In this document: one piece after another, positions 6,643 to 15,524 of the stretch | Layout: each line of letters opens with the position of its first letter | Position numbering within the stretch: the stretch's first letter is position 1 | Source of the DNA: a virus | Taxonomy: Duplodnaviria; Caudoviricetes | Direction: 5' to 3' (one strand) | DNA length: 37,760 nt | IMG/VR virus record: IMGVR_UViG_3300042901_000667 | Location: 1 to 37,760 of that record | Translations under genes and position numbers: made by a program | The notes under the pieces: generated by a model | What the model was told of the DNA's origin: nothing | Seen by the model: the letters and a program-made list of their open reading frames with translations, nothing else | Database searches by the model: none

Positions 6643-7626
6643 ATGAAAATGCAAATCGTAAGCCGCTGGGACACCAGCAAAGTTTTGTTTGAATGCGAAG
6701 TGCCGGACGATGTGCCGAGCGGCTTGGCAATGCGCTACGCGCTTGAAAAAGCGGTTGCACAACGTCCGCGTCGTTATCTGAGTGACGCTGATTTGCGTGG
6801 CGCTAATCTGCGTGAAGCTAATCTGAATGGCGTTGATCTGCGTGGCGCTGATCTGAGTGACGCTGATCTGAGTGACGCTGATTTGCGTAATGCTGATCTG
6901 CGTCGCGTTGATCTGAGTGGCGTTGATTTGCGTAATGCTGTTCTGAGTTACGCTAATCTGCGTGACGCTGATTTGCGTGGCGCTAATCTGCGTGAAGCTA
7001 ATCTGCGTGATGCTAATCTGCATGGCGCTGATCTGAGTGACGCTGATATGAGGGGTGCTGATATGAGGGGTGCTAATCTGCGTGATGCTGATCTGCGTGG
7101 CGTTGATCTGAGTGACGCTGATTTGCGTGGCACTGTTCTGAGTTACGCTGGCCTGCGTGGTGCTGATCTGCGTGATGTTGATCTGAGTGGCGCTTACCTG
7201 AGTGGCGCTTACCTGCGTGGTGCTGGCGGCGAACAACTACAACGCGCCACACCAGAGCAAGCGATCGAAAACTTGGACAAGGTGCGCGAGATTGTTTTAG
7301 CCGACGAGGCACGGCTAAACATGTATCACTGGCACGGCGATGACGAATGGCGCAACCGTACATGCGCCGAGGAAACGCTTTGCCGCACTACTCACTGTAT
7401 GGCTGGCTGGCTGCAAGTTTGCACAACCGAGCAGGCGCTCAAAGGCGTTCCCGCGGACTTGGCCGGAGCGCTGGCCGCACCAATTGCAGCAAAGATGTTT
7501 TACTGCGACAACGCCGAGGCTCTTGAGTGGTTGCGTGATCGCAAGTATGTGGCTGAAACCGAGGCATACAAAAAGCGCGGCGCAGAACTCAAAGCAAGGC
7601 GTGAAGCTGCACAGGAGCGGCAATGA
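6643..7626 (+). CDS. Pentapeptide-repeat protein (30 A[D/N]Lxx repeats) with a C-terminal His/Cys domain
   Basis: 15-bp period repeats at 6772-7221; C-terminal MYHWH...CRTTHCMAGW. Confidence 0.92.
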   Translation: MKMQIVSRWDTSKVLFECEVPDDVPSGLAMRYALEKAVAQRPRRYLSDADLRGANLREANLNGVDLRGADLSDADLSDADLRNADLRRVDLSGVDLRNAVLSYANLRDADLRGANLREANLRDANLHGADLSDADMRGADMRGANLRDADLRGVDLSDADLRGTVLSYAGLRGADLRDVDLSGAYLSGAYLRGAGGEQLQRATPEQAIENLDKVREIVLADEARLNMYHWHGDDEWRNRTCAEETLCRTTHCMAGWLQVCTTEQALKGVPADLAGALAAPIAAKMFYCDNAEALEWLRDRKYVAETEAYKKRGAELKARREAAQERQ

Positions 7627-7817
7627 AAATGCAAATCGTAAGCCGCTGGGACACCAGCAAAGTATTATTTGAATGCGAAGTACCGGCTGATGTGCCGAGC
7701 GGCTTCGCAATGCGCTACGCCCTTGAAAGGGCGGCGGCACAACGTCCGCGTCTTGATCTGGTTGGCGCTGATCTGCGTGGCGCTGATCTGGGTGGTGCTG
7801 CGAAGGCCGCATTATGA
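7623..7817 (+). CDS. Truncated paralog of the pentapeptide-repeat protein (N-domain plus about 3 repeats)
   Basis: RBS and first ~43 codons are near-identical to the gene at 6643; frame intact. Confidence 0.75.
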   Translation: MKMQIVSRWDTSKVLFECEVPADVPSGFAMRYALERAAAQRPRLDLVGADLRGADLGGAAKAAL

Positions 7818-8074
7818 ACACGCCAGCACCAAGCCCAAAGCTGTCGCCAAAGCAGCTTATTGCTTTCTTGCACGACCAGCACGCGCACTATGCAGATGAC
7901 CCAATCTGCAACTATATGTCATGGTCAATCGAGGATTGGGCAGACCAATTGTCTAAGGCTGAAAAAGACCTGAAAGACGCACAAGTCGAGGCCGCATTCC
8001 TTGAGCAGCAGCAAGAGCGCCGCCGCTATCCAGAGCGCCTTGAGCTTGATGCTCGGTATGGGATGGCAGCATGA
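7814..8074 (+). CDS. Hypothetical protein, coiled-coil C-terminus
   Basis: ATGA overlaps on both sides. Confidence 0.7.
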   Translation: MNTPAPSPKLSPKQLIAFLHDQHAHYADDPICNYMSWSIEDWADQLSKAEKDLKDAQVEAAFLEQQQERRRYPERLELDARYGMAA

Positions 8075-8241
8075 ACTACGACACCTCCCGCCGCTACCCC
8101 CGCACCCTGGCCGATGCGTTTCCATCAGACCGCGCAAGCTGTACCGAAGGCTGGCGGCGTCCCAATGCTGACCGCCCGGTTGTCATTGCTTGTGTGATTA
8201 TTTTGATTATTTTTGCAATTTGCTATGGAGTGCAGCCATGA
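8071..8241 (+). CDS. Small membrane protein (56 aa, RRYPRTLADAF motif)
   Basis: Manual translation; C-terminal hydrophobic helix; ATGA overlaps. Confidence 0.7.
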   Translation: MNYDTSRRYPRTLADAFPSDRASCTEGWRRPNADRPVVIACVIILIIFAICYGVQP

Positions 8242-8411
8242 ACGACAACTACCAAGCCGCCATGAACGCGCCTATTAAACAAACCAACGATGACGGCACA
8301 GAAAGCGAACAAGGCGAACTTGTGGTTACTGCTTTAGGCGCGGCTTGTATTGCAGTTGGCCTTGTCGTGCTCTGCATTGTTGCAGGTTTTATTGCGGCGC
8401 ATTTCGCATGA
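8238..8411 (+). CDS. Small membrane protein (57 aa)
   Basis: GGAG RBS; hydrophobic C-terminal half. Confidence 0.65.
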   Translation: MNDNYQAAMNAPIKQTNDDGTESEQGELVVTALGAACIAVGLVVLCIVAGFIAAHFA

Positions 8412-8479
8412 AAGCCGCTCGGGGATATCACCCGCTTGGCTTGCCCTATTGTCTAAAGTTTTTTAATTGAAAGAAAATT

Positions 8480-8602
8480 ATGTGCAATTTTTTTAATGCG
8501 CTGCGCTGGTCAATCCAGTGCGGATTCAATTCAGCAATTGAGCGGTATCGGTTTATCAGGCACATGCAGCGCGGTGGCAACCCCGACGTTTTGGATTTTT
8601 AA
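8480..8602 (+). CDS. Small hypothetical protein (40 aa)
   Basis: Manual translation MCNFFNALRWSIQCGFNSAIERYRFIRHMQRGGNPDVLDF; GAAAG RBS. Confidence 0.45.
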   Translation: MCNFFNALRWSIQCGFNSAIERYRFIRHMQRGGNPDVLDF

Positions 8603-8653
8603 ATAGGTTTACTGGCTACCTTAAAGCCAGTTATTTAAGCAGGAGCATTTAGC

Positions 8654-9301
8654 ATGATTCTTTCAGACAGTGGCGGCACATCATTTCAACAACCACCAAC
8701 AGGCTCACACGCCGCCCGGTGCATTTCAATCATCGACCTTGGCACGCAGCGATCGACCTACGAAGGCGAAGCGCAGATTAAGCGGCAGGTTGTTTTGCGG
8801 TGGGAGCTTGGCAACGAGCTTATGCAGGACGGCGAACATGAAGGCAAGCCGTTCACAGTGAGCCGCTTTTACACGGCAAGTCTGCATGAAAAAGCAGTTT
8901 TACGCAAAGATTTGGCCTCGTGGCGTGGGCGTGATTTCAGCGCTGACGAGCTGAAAGGCTTTGACCTCAAAAGCATTTTGGGTAAGCCCTGCATGTTGGC
9001 TGTTGGCCTTACTGAAAAAGGCAAGGTAAAAGTTACCTCCGTCATGGGATTACCCAAAGGCATGGCTGCTGCACCGCAGATCAATCCGACTTTTTATTTC
9101 ACGCTTGATGGTGACCAGTACAGCGAGAAAGACTTTGAGTCGCTTTCAAAAGGCTTTAAAGAAATGGTGACGGCATCACCCGAATATCAAGCCATCCAGC
9201 GCAGTAAAACGGGTGCGCCATCAAACAAAAAAGACGATGCAGCACCCGCCGCCAAACCAAGGTCAGGTTTTGACGATATGGACGATGATATACCTTTTTA
9301 G
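8654..9301 (+). CDS. Phage single-stranded DNA-binding protein-like
   Basis: Acidic DDMDDDIPF tail; ARCISIIDLGTQ...LGKPCML OB-fold-type pattern; AGGAG RBS. Confidence 0.8.
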   Translation: MILSDSGGTSFQQPPTGSHAARCISIIDLGTQRSTYEGEAQIKRQVVLRWELGNELMQDGEHEGKPFTVSRFYTASLHEKAVLRKDLASWRGRDFSADELKGFDLKSILGKPCMLAVGLTEKGKVKVTSVMGLPKGMAAAPQINPTFYFTLDGDQYSEKDFESLSKGFKEMVTASPEYQAIQRSKTGAPSNKKDDAAPAAKPRSGFDDMDDDIPF

Positions 9302-9309
9302 GGAAGAAT

Positions 9310-9819
9310 ATGACAGCCCTTTACAACATCAGCAACGAATATATAAAGCTAGCCGAAACGCTGGCAGACGGTGATTTTGACCTTGCCACGATTGACGACA
9401 CTATCGAGGCCAGCGGCATTGTTGACGAATTCAAAGACAAGGCTCAGGCGCTTGAATTTGTTGCACGCGGGGCAACCGCCCATGATGGCGCAATTGATGC
9501 AGAGATAGCCCGTTTGACAGGCCTGAAAGCACGCCGCGCTGCTGTAGCGGCTGGTGTACGCAAGTATTTGTTGGACAACATGCAACGCACTGGCATTACA
9601 AAGATTGAATGCCCACTGTTTGCCATCAGCATTCAAAACAACCCGGTAGCCGTGGAGGTGTTTGACCCGCTCAGTTTGCCAAAAGAACTGTGGCGCACAC
9701 CAGAGCCAAAACCGCCCGTGGCTGCACCTGATAAAGCACGCATCAAAGAAGCGTTGCAAGCTGGTGACGATGTTCCAGGCGCAAAGCTGGTGCAGTCTCA
9801 GCGTCTGGTGATTAAGTAA
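9310..9819 (+). CDS. Siphovirus Gp157-family (Gam-like) protein
   Basis: MTALY...EIARL...PDKARIKEALQAGDDVPGAKLVQSQRLVIK signature. Confidence 0.85.
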   Translation: MTALYNISNEYIKLAETLADGDFDLATIDDTIEASGIVDEFKDKAQALEFVARGATAHDGAIDAEIARLTGLKARRAAVAAGVRKYLLDNMQRTGITKIECPLFAISIQNNPVAVEVFDPLSLPKELWRTPEPKPPVAAPDKARIKEALQAGDDVPGAKLVQSQRLVIK

Positions 9820-9946
9820 GTTTTACGCCAGTAAAAGCCACACACCATTGTTTTGGTTAATTCTTTAATGTGTGGCCGACAGGGTAGTAGCTGTCACTGG
9901 CACCTTTTGTAAGCAAAGCGTAAGAATCAAAGCGCACCATTCAACC

Positions 9947-11020
9947 ATGCAAATCACACCAGACCAGTGCCGACTAATCATGCTATTGGCAGAGCTGTGC
10001 ATTAAGCACAATCTTTTGCCGACGGATGAATATTTAGAGGCACTGGAGTTGATGGAGTTTGTACAAATTAACCGTGGGAACGATATGACCGATAAAACAG
10101 TACAGGCTACGCCTGAGTTGCCAGTCAGCCAGCAACTGCTAAATCTTGTAGAAGCACAGGCGCAAGACGGCGGGTTGTGGTTTGAGGCCAAGACAGCGCC
10201 AGAGGCTTATTTGCAGCAGGAGTTGCGAAAGTTGCACGCAGCAATCGAGGCACGCGCCATACAGGCTATGCCTGAATTGCCTGAGTTGCCAGTAGTGGCG
10301 TGGCTTACTGGAGCAGGTATTTTGACAAGCAACTTTTTTTACAAAGAAAGCTGGATCCCGAAGCCAGTAGACCAACCGCTCTGCAAAGTTTCAGATGCCC
10401 TCACCTACGCAGAATCACTGCGCGTAAAGTTTGAGGCGGCAAGGGCTGCGAAAGTATTTTATCCATCTATTGATGCGAAAGTAGCGCGGCTTGTCCGCGA
10501 AATTGACGCGCTGCTTTTTCATGTAGAGCGCGGCGAAATCGAGCTCGCACACAAGAAACTTACTTATATTGAATCCATCCTGCGCGCCGAGCTATCAGCA
10601 GCGCAAGCAGAGCCAGTTTATGTTCAGGTTCGCCATAAAACAGAATACGGCATGAGTGAGTGGGGTGTGCCGCTTGACCCTAAAGAGCAGCATTCCACAT
10701 GGGCTGATGGCGTTGAAATGCGCTTGCTCTACACCACACCACCATCCACCAGCCACCAAAAAGTAGCGCGGCTGGAAAAATCTCACGAACTGGCAAGGCG
10801 GCTTTTGACTGTTGCTACATGGGCGGCTGGAAAAATCATTGTCGAAAGAAAACGCGGCGCGTCAACTGCCCCGCACGCCGAAGTCGATGCACTGGTTTGC
10901 GCCAACGAAAGCATCCGGTCATGGCTAATAACAACGGGCTGGAGCGGCTGCATTGAGAGCGCACCAACACTTGAGGAAATTGCTGCCATAGCCAGCACCA
11001 AGCCAGGGGCCACCCCATGA
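9947..11020 (+). CDS. Mosaic Ea/Ead-like early protein (alternative start 10085)
   Basis: Modular composition with AEPV, LYTTPP and PVVAWL linker motifs typical of lambdoid ea-region genes. Confidence 0.65.
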   Translation: MQITPDQCRLIMLLAELCIKHNLLPTDEYLEALELMEFVQINRGNDMTDKTVQATPELPVSQQLLNLVEAQAQDGGLWFEAKTAPEAYLQQELRKLHAAIEARAIQAMPELPELPVVAWLTGAGILTSNFFYKESWIPKPVDQPLCKVSDALTYAESLRVKFEAARAAKVFYPSIDAKVARLVREIDALLFHVERGEIELAHKKLTYIESILRAELSAAQAEPVYVQVRHKTEYGMSEWGVPLDPKEQHSTWADGVEMRLLYTTPPSTSHQKVARLEKSHELARRLLTVATWAAGKIIVERKRGASTAPHAEVDALVCANESIRSWLITTGWSGCIESAPTLEEIAAIASTKPGATP

Positions 11021-11421
11021 TCGACAAAAGTGATGCCGAAAGGCTGGCGATGGCTAAAGCCTTTGACATCGTGATCGCGTGGCTACAGCACAAAGGTACG
11101 GCGGCCAATGTCTCGGAGCTTGCCAGCATGTGTGAGTTTGTGGTTTTCGTCCAGACACACAATCCAGATGCCCCGCAACCAGCAGCCACACTCAAAGCAG
11201 CGCTGGGGTGGCGGGATATTGCTGATCGCCCAAAAGACGGAACTAAATATTGGGCAACTGACGGCGAAAATCAGTTTACAGAAAACCAGCCGCCAGGTCA
11301 CTTCCCCGGACGATGGGACTGGTTTGAAGAAGAACAGTACTGGGGCGGCTCAATATCAACCTACAAAGCCACCCATTTCATGCCACTTCCTGCACCACCA
11401 GCACCAGGGGGTGACAAATGA
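11017..11421 (+). CDS. DUF551-like early protein
   Basis: WRDIADRPKDG...THFMPLPAPP signature. Confidence 0.75.
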   Translation: MIDKSDAERLAMAKAFDIVIAWLQHKGTAANVSELASMCEFVVFVQTHNPDAPQPAATLKAALGWRDIADRPKDGTKYWATDGENQFTENQPPGHFPGRWDWFEEEQYWGGSISTYKATHFMPLPAPPAPGGDK

Positions 11422-11666
11422 GCGTATTCATAACTCTTGGCGATATTATTTCTTTTGCCTTGGCTGCAATTTTTGGCCTAATTTTGCTGGTGATTTATTT
11501 TCTCATTTGGTGGGCACAATGGCGCTGCAAACATGATGGCGATTTTGGCGAGACTCAAGCCTGTGATGCTATTTGTCATCAGTGCGGCAAAAATCTCGGC
11601 TTTATTGGAACAGTCCGAGCAAAACGCGCTGCCGCAGCCATTGGTAAATCTGAGAGGGGGGAGTGA
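11418..11666 (+). CDS. Membrane-anchored protein with a Zn-ribbon-like motif
   Basis: N-terminal TM helix; CKH...CHQCGK. Confidence 0.7.
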   Translation: MSVFITLGDIISFALAAIFGLILLVIYFLIWWAQWRCKHDGDFGETQACDAICHQCGKNLGFIGTVRAKRAAAAIGKSERGE

Positions 11667-11878
11667 TGGCTGAATATCGCACAGGACTTGCGCCGACCAC
11701 ATACAACCCACGCACGGACACCTATGACACGTCAGATGGCACGGCAGTAGGCGCAGAACTGATTCATGGCGCAAAGAACATAGAAGATGTATTTTGGATT
11801 GCAACCATCAGAGAACAGCAACGCAAAGCCATCAGAGAACAGCAACGCAAACCAGCCAATCAAGGAGCCGACAAATGA
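11663..11878 (+). CDS. Hypothetical protein with a 24-bp internal tandem duplication
   Basis: IREQQRKA-IREQQRKP encoded at 11805-11852. Confidence 0.65.
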   Translation: MMAEYRTGLAPTTYNPRTDTYDTSDGTAVGAELIHGAKNIEDVFWIATIREQQRKAIREQQRKPANQGADK

Positions 11879-12174
11879 CAGACAAACAATTATTGATTGA
11901 TGCGGCTAAGGCTGCGGGGATTAATCTTGAGTGGGACGGCCACCCTGACAAATGGCAACCCATGTTTTACCAGGGTAAGACATATCACGCATGGAATCCA
12001 CTTGAGGACGATGGCGATCTATTCAGGCTTGCGCAAAAGCTCAATATCGTCATCGATTTCAATGAGGGTTTTGCAGAGCACTGGAGCACGCTGCGCCATC
12101 ATTTTGGTGACAACGGCAGAACCGTCCACCATGCAGTGCTGCAAGTTGCCGCTGAAATTGGATTTACTGCTTAG
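11875..12174 (+). CDS. Conserved-type phage hypothetical protein (WNPLEDDGD motif)
   Basis: MTDKQLLIDAAKAAG...WNPLEDDGDLFRLA...AAEIG; AGGAG RBS. Confidence 0.8.
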   Translation: MTDKQLLIDAAKAAGINLEWDGHPDKWQPMFYQGKTYHAWNPLEDDGDLFRLAQKLNIVIDFNEGFAEHWSTLRHHFGDNGRTVHHAVLQVAAEIGFTA

Positions 12175-12183
12175 GCCAAGCGG

Positions 12184-12708
12184 TTATTTGACAGACGGCG
12201 CGGCGGCCAGCATCGTGGTTTTGTTCTCGCTTTGGCGTGTCGTGCCAAACCAGAAAGCCATCACGCTTGTCCAGGCTGTACCCAAACTGCCCAGCATCAG
12301 CAGCAGCGCGTCAGATGAATCCGTGGTTAGCCAGCCTTTCATCATGCAGATAAGCACGCCCAAAAAGCCAACAGTCACGATAATAGACAAAGCCGCAGGA
12401 ACTATGCTTGGGTTTGCCATTTGCAGCTTACGGGCGCTGTCACGGTCAGCCGCGGCGATTGCCTCCAAGTCCTTGATGTTGGCAAAACCGAGCGCCTTCA
12501 TTTGCAGTTCAAAATTCTGGTCGGCTTCTTTTAGGGCCAAAAGTTGTTCAGGCGTTGCACCAGATACCGCGGCTTTGATTGCGTCGGTGGTTTTCTCGGT
12601 CAAGCCGAGGGCGTTTGCCGCGGCTGTTACTGCCATGCCGCCGAGTGGCCCACCCAAGGCCGTACCAATCCAAGGCGCGACGGTTTTAATGATTGCAGTA
12701 AAGTCCAT
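12184..12708 (-). CDS. Putative holin (3TM/GTA-holin-like)
   Basis: ADRDSARK, two C-terminal TM helices and FWFG; follows the lysin. Confidence 0.75.
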   Translation of the reverse strand: MDFTAIIKTVAPWIGTALGGPLGGMAVTAAANALGLTEKTTDAIKAAVSGATPEQLLALKEADQNFELQMKALGFANIKDLEAIAAADRDSARKLQMANPSIVPAALSIIVTVGFLGVLICMMKGWLTTDSSDALLLMLGSLGTAWTSVMAFWFGTTRQSENKTTMLAAAPSVK

Positions 12709-12717
12709 GATTACCCC

Positions 12718-13233
12718 TTAATTGTCTTGCGCGGCATAGTCAAGCTGCCCGGCCACACGGTTAGCCCAGCCCTTGCCATAAGTTGGCCAGGTGCTCAGTG
12801 AGGTGTAAAACCTAATCCGATAGGCGTTAAATTTCAGCAGCAGGTCGTTCAACTCTGTGCGCTTTACAGCCGCCAAAGTCATCGGCCCAACATTGCCATC
12901 CTGCGCAACGCCGGCGGCGTATTGCAGCGCCTGCCGCGCCTTGCCCATCCCGGCGTTAACAGCAAAGTCCCACATTTGAAAAACTACAGGGGACGGCAAT
13001 TCATCAGCAGAGATTTTCAGCCACCAGTCGCGGTAATAAATAGCTTTTGCGCCTTCAAGCGTCAGGTTCTTGATGTCAATGTCGCCGTAGGTGTTGGCTG
13101 CAATGCCGTACTTTGTGCCTTTGAGTTCGCCCACCTCCAACCGGCCACCGGTCCAGTTGCCAGGGTCGCGGCGGTCATCAGAATAAACCCCCTCATGGCC
13201 GATCAGCCGTTCAAATGCAGTATCAAAGTTCAC
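12718..13233 (-). CDS. Endolysin, glycoside hydrolase family 108 with a peptidoglycan-binding domain
   Basis: HEGVYSDDRRDPG, TKYGI, DFAVNAG, DGNVGPMTL and YGKGWANRV motifs. Confidence 0.92.
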   Translation of the reverse strand: MNFDTAFERLIGHEGVYSDDRRDPGNWTGGRLEVGELKGTKYGIAANTYGDIDIKNLTLEGAKAIYYRDWWLKISADELPSPVVFQMWDFAVNAGMGKARQALQYAAGVAQDGNVGPMTLAAVKRTELNDLLLKFNAYRIRFYTSLSTWPTYGKGWANRVAGQLDYAAQDN

Positions 13234-13568
13234 GATTTTGAATCCTGTGTAACCTTTTCAACGTGTTTAACGCGCTGGTTTAGGTTTGCGACTTGGCCTA
13301 AAAGAAGCTGGTTCTGTGTTTCGCATTCGTGTTTTTGGTGAAGCAGCTCGTCAACCTGCAAGCGTAGTGCTTTAACCTGTTCAATCAGCGTTTGTACTTG
13401 TCGTTCTAACATTCCAATCACGCTTTTAGCGGCCTCGGTAACTGCTACATTTAGACTGCTTGCCGATATGTCCTCTTTGTCCCGGCGCATGAAGTGCCGA
13501 AAATAGACAAAGCCTGCAAGTATTGCCGCGCTTACCGTCCCCCACACTGTTGCGTCTTCTTTAAGCAT
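13230..13568 (-). CDS. TM plus coiled-coil lysis-cassette protein (holin/antiholin-like)
   Basis: N-terminal TM helix and coiled coil; directly upstream of the lysin. Confidence 0.6.
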   Translation of the reverse strand: MLKEDATVWGTVSAAILAGFVYFRHFMRRDKEDISASSLNVAVTEAAKSVIGMLERQVQTLIEQVKALRLQVDELLHQKHECETQNQLLLGQVANLNQRVKHVEKVTQDSKS

Positions 13569-13992
13569 TTTCGCCCTTTTGTTTTCTAATGTGCCAGCCT
13601 TTAAAGTCTTTGCCGTCAAGAAACTCAGCAACAAAACCAGCGATTTTGCGGCGGTATTCCCATTCGTGCGCGTCCTCGTTATAACGGCTGAATCTTTCTG
13701 TTACCAGCTCAAAAAAGGGGAACGACATACCCCAAACTTTGACCATGCGGAAAGAATACCACGGGCGCGGGTCAGCACAGATAGCAGGCAACCATAGTGC
13801 GTTGTATGCACCGTCAAGAACAATCACGGGGACGGCTAGAGCTGTATCGAGTTGGACAACATGGGGCAATGACCTTTGTTCAATGCCAGCCCTTTGCGCG
13901 GCCATTACAAAGCCGTAGCCGTAGTAAAGAACGGGAGGTATGAGGATGTGACCGAGCATCCAGGCTGACAGAATCCAAAGCGGCCAAGTCAT
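13561..13992 (-). CDS. Hypothetical membrane protein
   Basis: Hydrophobic N-terminus; overlaps both neighbours. Confidence 0.7.
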   Translation of the reverse strand: MTWPLWILSAWMLGHILIPPVLYYGYGFVMAAQRAGIEQRSLPHVVQLDTALAVPVIVLDGAYNALWLPAICADPRPWYSFRMVKVWGMSFPFFELVTERFSRYNEDAHEWEYRRKIAGFVAEFLDGKDFKGWHIRKQKGENA

Positions 13993-14369
13993 GGGATTAA
14001 CGCTCGTAGCGGTCTGACAGCTTGCTCTAAGTCGTACAGAGCTTTATAGTTTGCATCGTTTGCCAACAGCCAGGTTTGCGCCTGCGCCCGTGTACAGGTT
14101 AGCCCTGCATCACTGGCTTTGCGAACTGCAATATCAATACTGGCCTCAAGTGCAACCAATCGCGTACCGCGTGCCATGTGGTCAGCAGCAGCGGCTTCTA
14201 AAGCGCGGATTTCTTGCAAAGGTGTTAGCGTCCCCACGTTTACCCGTGAGGCCTTTATCGTAGCAACCTCAGCCTCTGTAATCTCAACGCAACCCGCTGG
14301 CAAACTTGGCTCAAATTCTTTTGAATCAAGCCGATAAGTGTTGTCTGAAGGGTCTTTGTAATAAAACAT
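13989..14369 (-). CDS. Putative tail fibre assembly chaperone
   Basis: Follows the fibre gene; YYKD...LPAGCVEITEAE pattern. Confidence 0.65.
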   Translation of the reverse strand: MFYYKDPSDNTYRLDSKEFEPSLPAGCVEITEAEVATIKASRVNVGTLTPLQEIRALEAAAADHMARGTRLVALEASIDIAVRKASDAGLTCTRAQAQTWLLANDANYKALYDLEQAVRPLRALIP

Positions 14370-14378
14370 TTTTAGTCC

Positions 14379-15296
14379 TTAGCCAAAAATTGCAAAACGC
14401 ATTCTGGTAAATCCGTTGGTGTATGCGCCAGCGCCGTCTGTAGCGACAACATTAAAAGTTGTTGTCGTTGGCGCGCCCTCAGGCCCGTAACCACCCAGCG
14501 CGGATGTGTTTTTCTCATTTCCGCCAGAAACTACGGCATAGCTTGCGCTTGGCATGGCGGTCGTCAAATTGACGGTGTATTGGCCTGTGCCAGTTCTGGT
14601 GACGTTGGTGACGTTGCCGCCAGCAGTGGGCGCGTTTGTGCCGGCCAGTGAGCCGTCAAACACTACCCAGGCGCGGCAGCCGTAAATTGGTGCTGAGCCT
14701 GTTTGTGCGCCTGAAAGCTTAGGGGCGGTGATTGAACCGTCTGCAATAACCAATGCAGCGCCTGATGCACGCTGATACTGAACAATATTCCATCCGTTAC
14801 CAGCGAGATTTGGATATGCAGCACACGTATCACCAGCAGCAGTTGTGATGTTAGCCGCGCCGGGTAAATTCAGCGTTGTCGCATTGTGGGTCAGCAGCAA
14901 AGCGCCAGCAAAGCGTATGTATCGTGGCCCGTTGTAGTTTGTGCCAAATGATGTAATGCCAGTTGTGCCAGATATTTCAACTGCTACGCTGTTTTGACCA
15001 CCAATATCAACCGTAGCTGCTGACGGCAGTGACGCTGGGGCGCCTTGGCTAAATAGCTGCTGAAACCGCAAAGAATCACCCGAAACAGTACCCGCGCCCA
15101 GCCCGGTTAGTTTGTTGCTAGCCATTGGCAGATTGGCGCTTGGGGGCGATTGGCCGTCCCGGGTGATAGCGTTTGTCAGGCCGGCCGCAATGTCTGTCAT
15201 TGTGGCGTTAAACGCGGTGGAACTAATGACAGTCCCGGTGATAACCGGATTCCCCGGCGTGTAGGGTGAAAACGACCCTGATCCGTTAAATGGCAT
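14379..15296 (-). CDS. Tail fibre/receptor-binding protein
   Basis: MPFNGSG...DIAAGLTNAITRDGQ anchor; G/T/A-rich; C-terminal CRAWVVFDG...TGQYTVN. Confidence 0.8.
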   Translation of the reverse strand: MPFNGSGSFSPYTPGNPVITGTVISSTAFNATMTDIAAGLTNAITRDGQSPPSANLPMASNKLTGLGAGTVSGDSLRFQQLFSQGAPASLPSAATVDIGGQNSVAVEISGTTGITSFGTNYNGPRYIRFAGALLLTHNATTLNLPGAANITTAAGDTCAAYPNLAGNGWNIVQYQRASGAALVIADGSITAPKLSGAQTGSAPIYGCRAWVVFDGSLAGTNAPTAGGNVTNVTRTGTGQYTVNLTTAMPSASYAVVSGGNEKNTSALGGYGPEGAPTTTTFNVVATDGAGAYTNGFTRMRFAIFG

Positions 15297-15306
15297 GTTT
15301 GTATCC

Positions 15307-15335
15307 TTGTGACTACTGGTTACTGGGCTTAGAAT
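15307..15335 (+). promoter_or_regulatory. Sigma70-like promoter TTGTGA-N17-TAGAAT for the antisense small membrane gene
   Basis: The -10 box ends 6 nt before ATG 15342, giving leaderless geometry. Confidence 0.55.
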
Positions 15336-15341
15336 GCGAGA

Positions 15342-15524
15342 ATGGATACTCTTTATTCTGCTATCGGCTTTGCGATTGCATTTGCAGCACGCAACTGGGT
15401 TTGGTGGTTGCTTTTGTCAACCAGTTTATGGCTTGGTCGAAAATTTTTACCCCCAAAACTTGGGTCATTGATTTTCGGCCATTACTGGGTTAAGAAGCAT
15501 TCTCTGCGCAAGCGCGGCGGCTAA
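15342..15524 (+). CDS. Small membrane protein on the opposite strand, candidate superinfection exclusion
   Basis: 60 aa, Trp-rich hydrophobic with a basic tail, own promoter; converges on an ejection gene. Confidence 0.6.
   Translation: MDTLYSAIGFAIAFAARNWVWWLLLSTSLWLGRKFLPPKLGSLIFGHYWVKKHSLRKRGG

Noticed and set aside
6772-7221. 15-bp periodic repeats as a CRISPR array or DNA-level satellite
   Set aside because: There are no unique spacers and no cas genes; pentapeptide coding fully explains the period.
6607-7236. 209-aa antisense ORF of (S/T)QIS repeats
   Set aside because: It is the shadow frame of the pentapeptide repeats, with no RBS or operon context.
11897-12721. 274-aa plus-strand ORF across the convergence point
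   Set aside because: It overlaps the better-supported 11875-12174 gene and lies antisense to the holin, so it is a shadow ORF.
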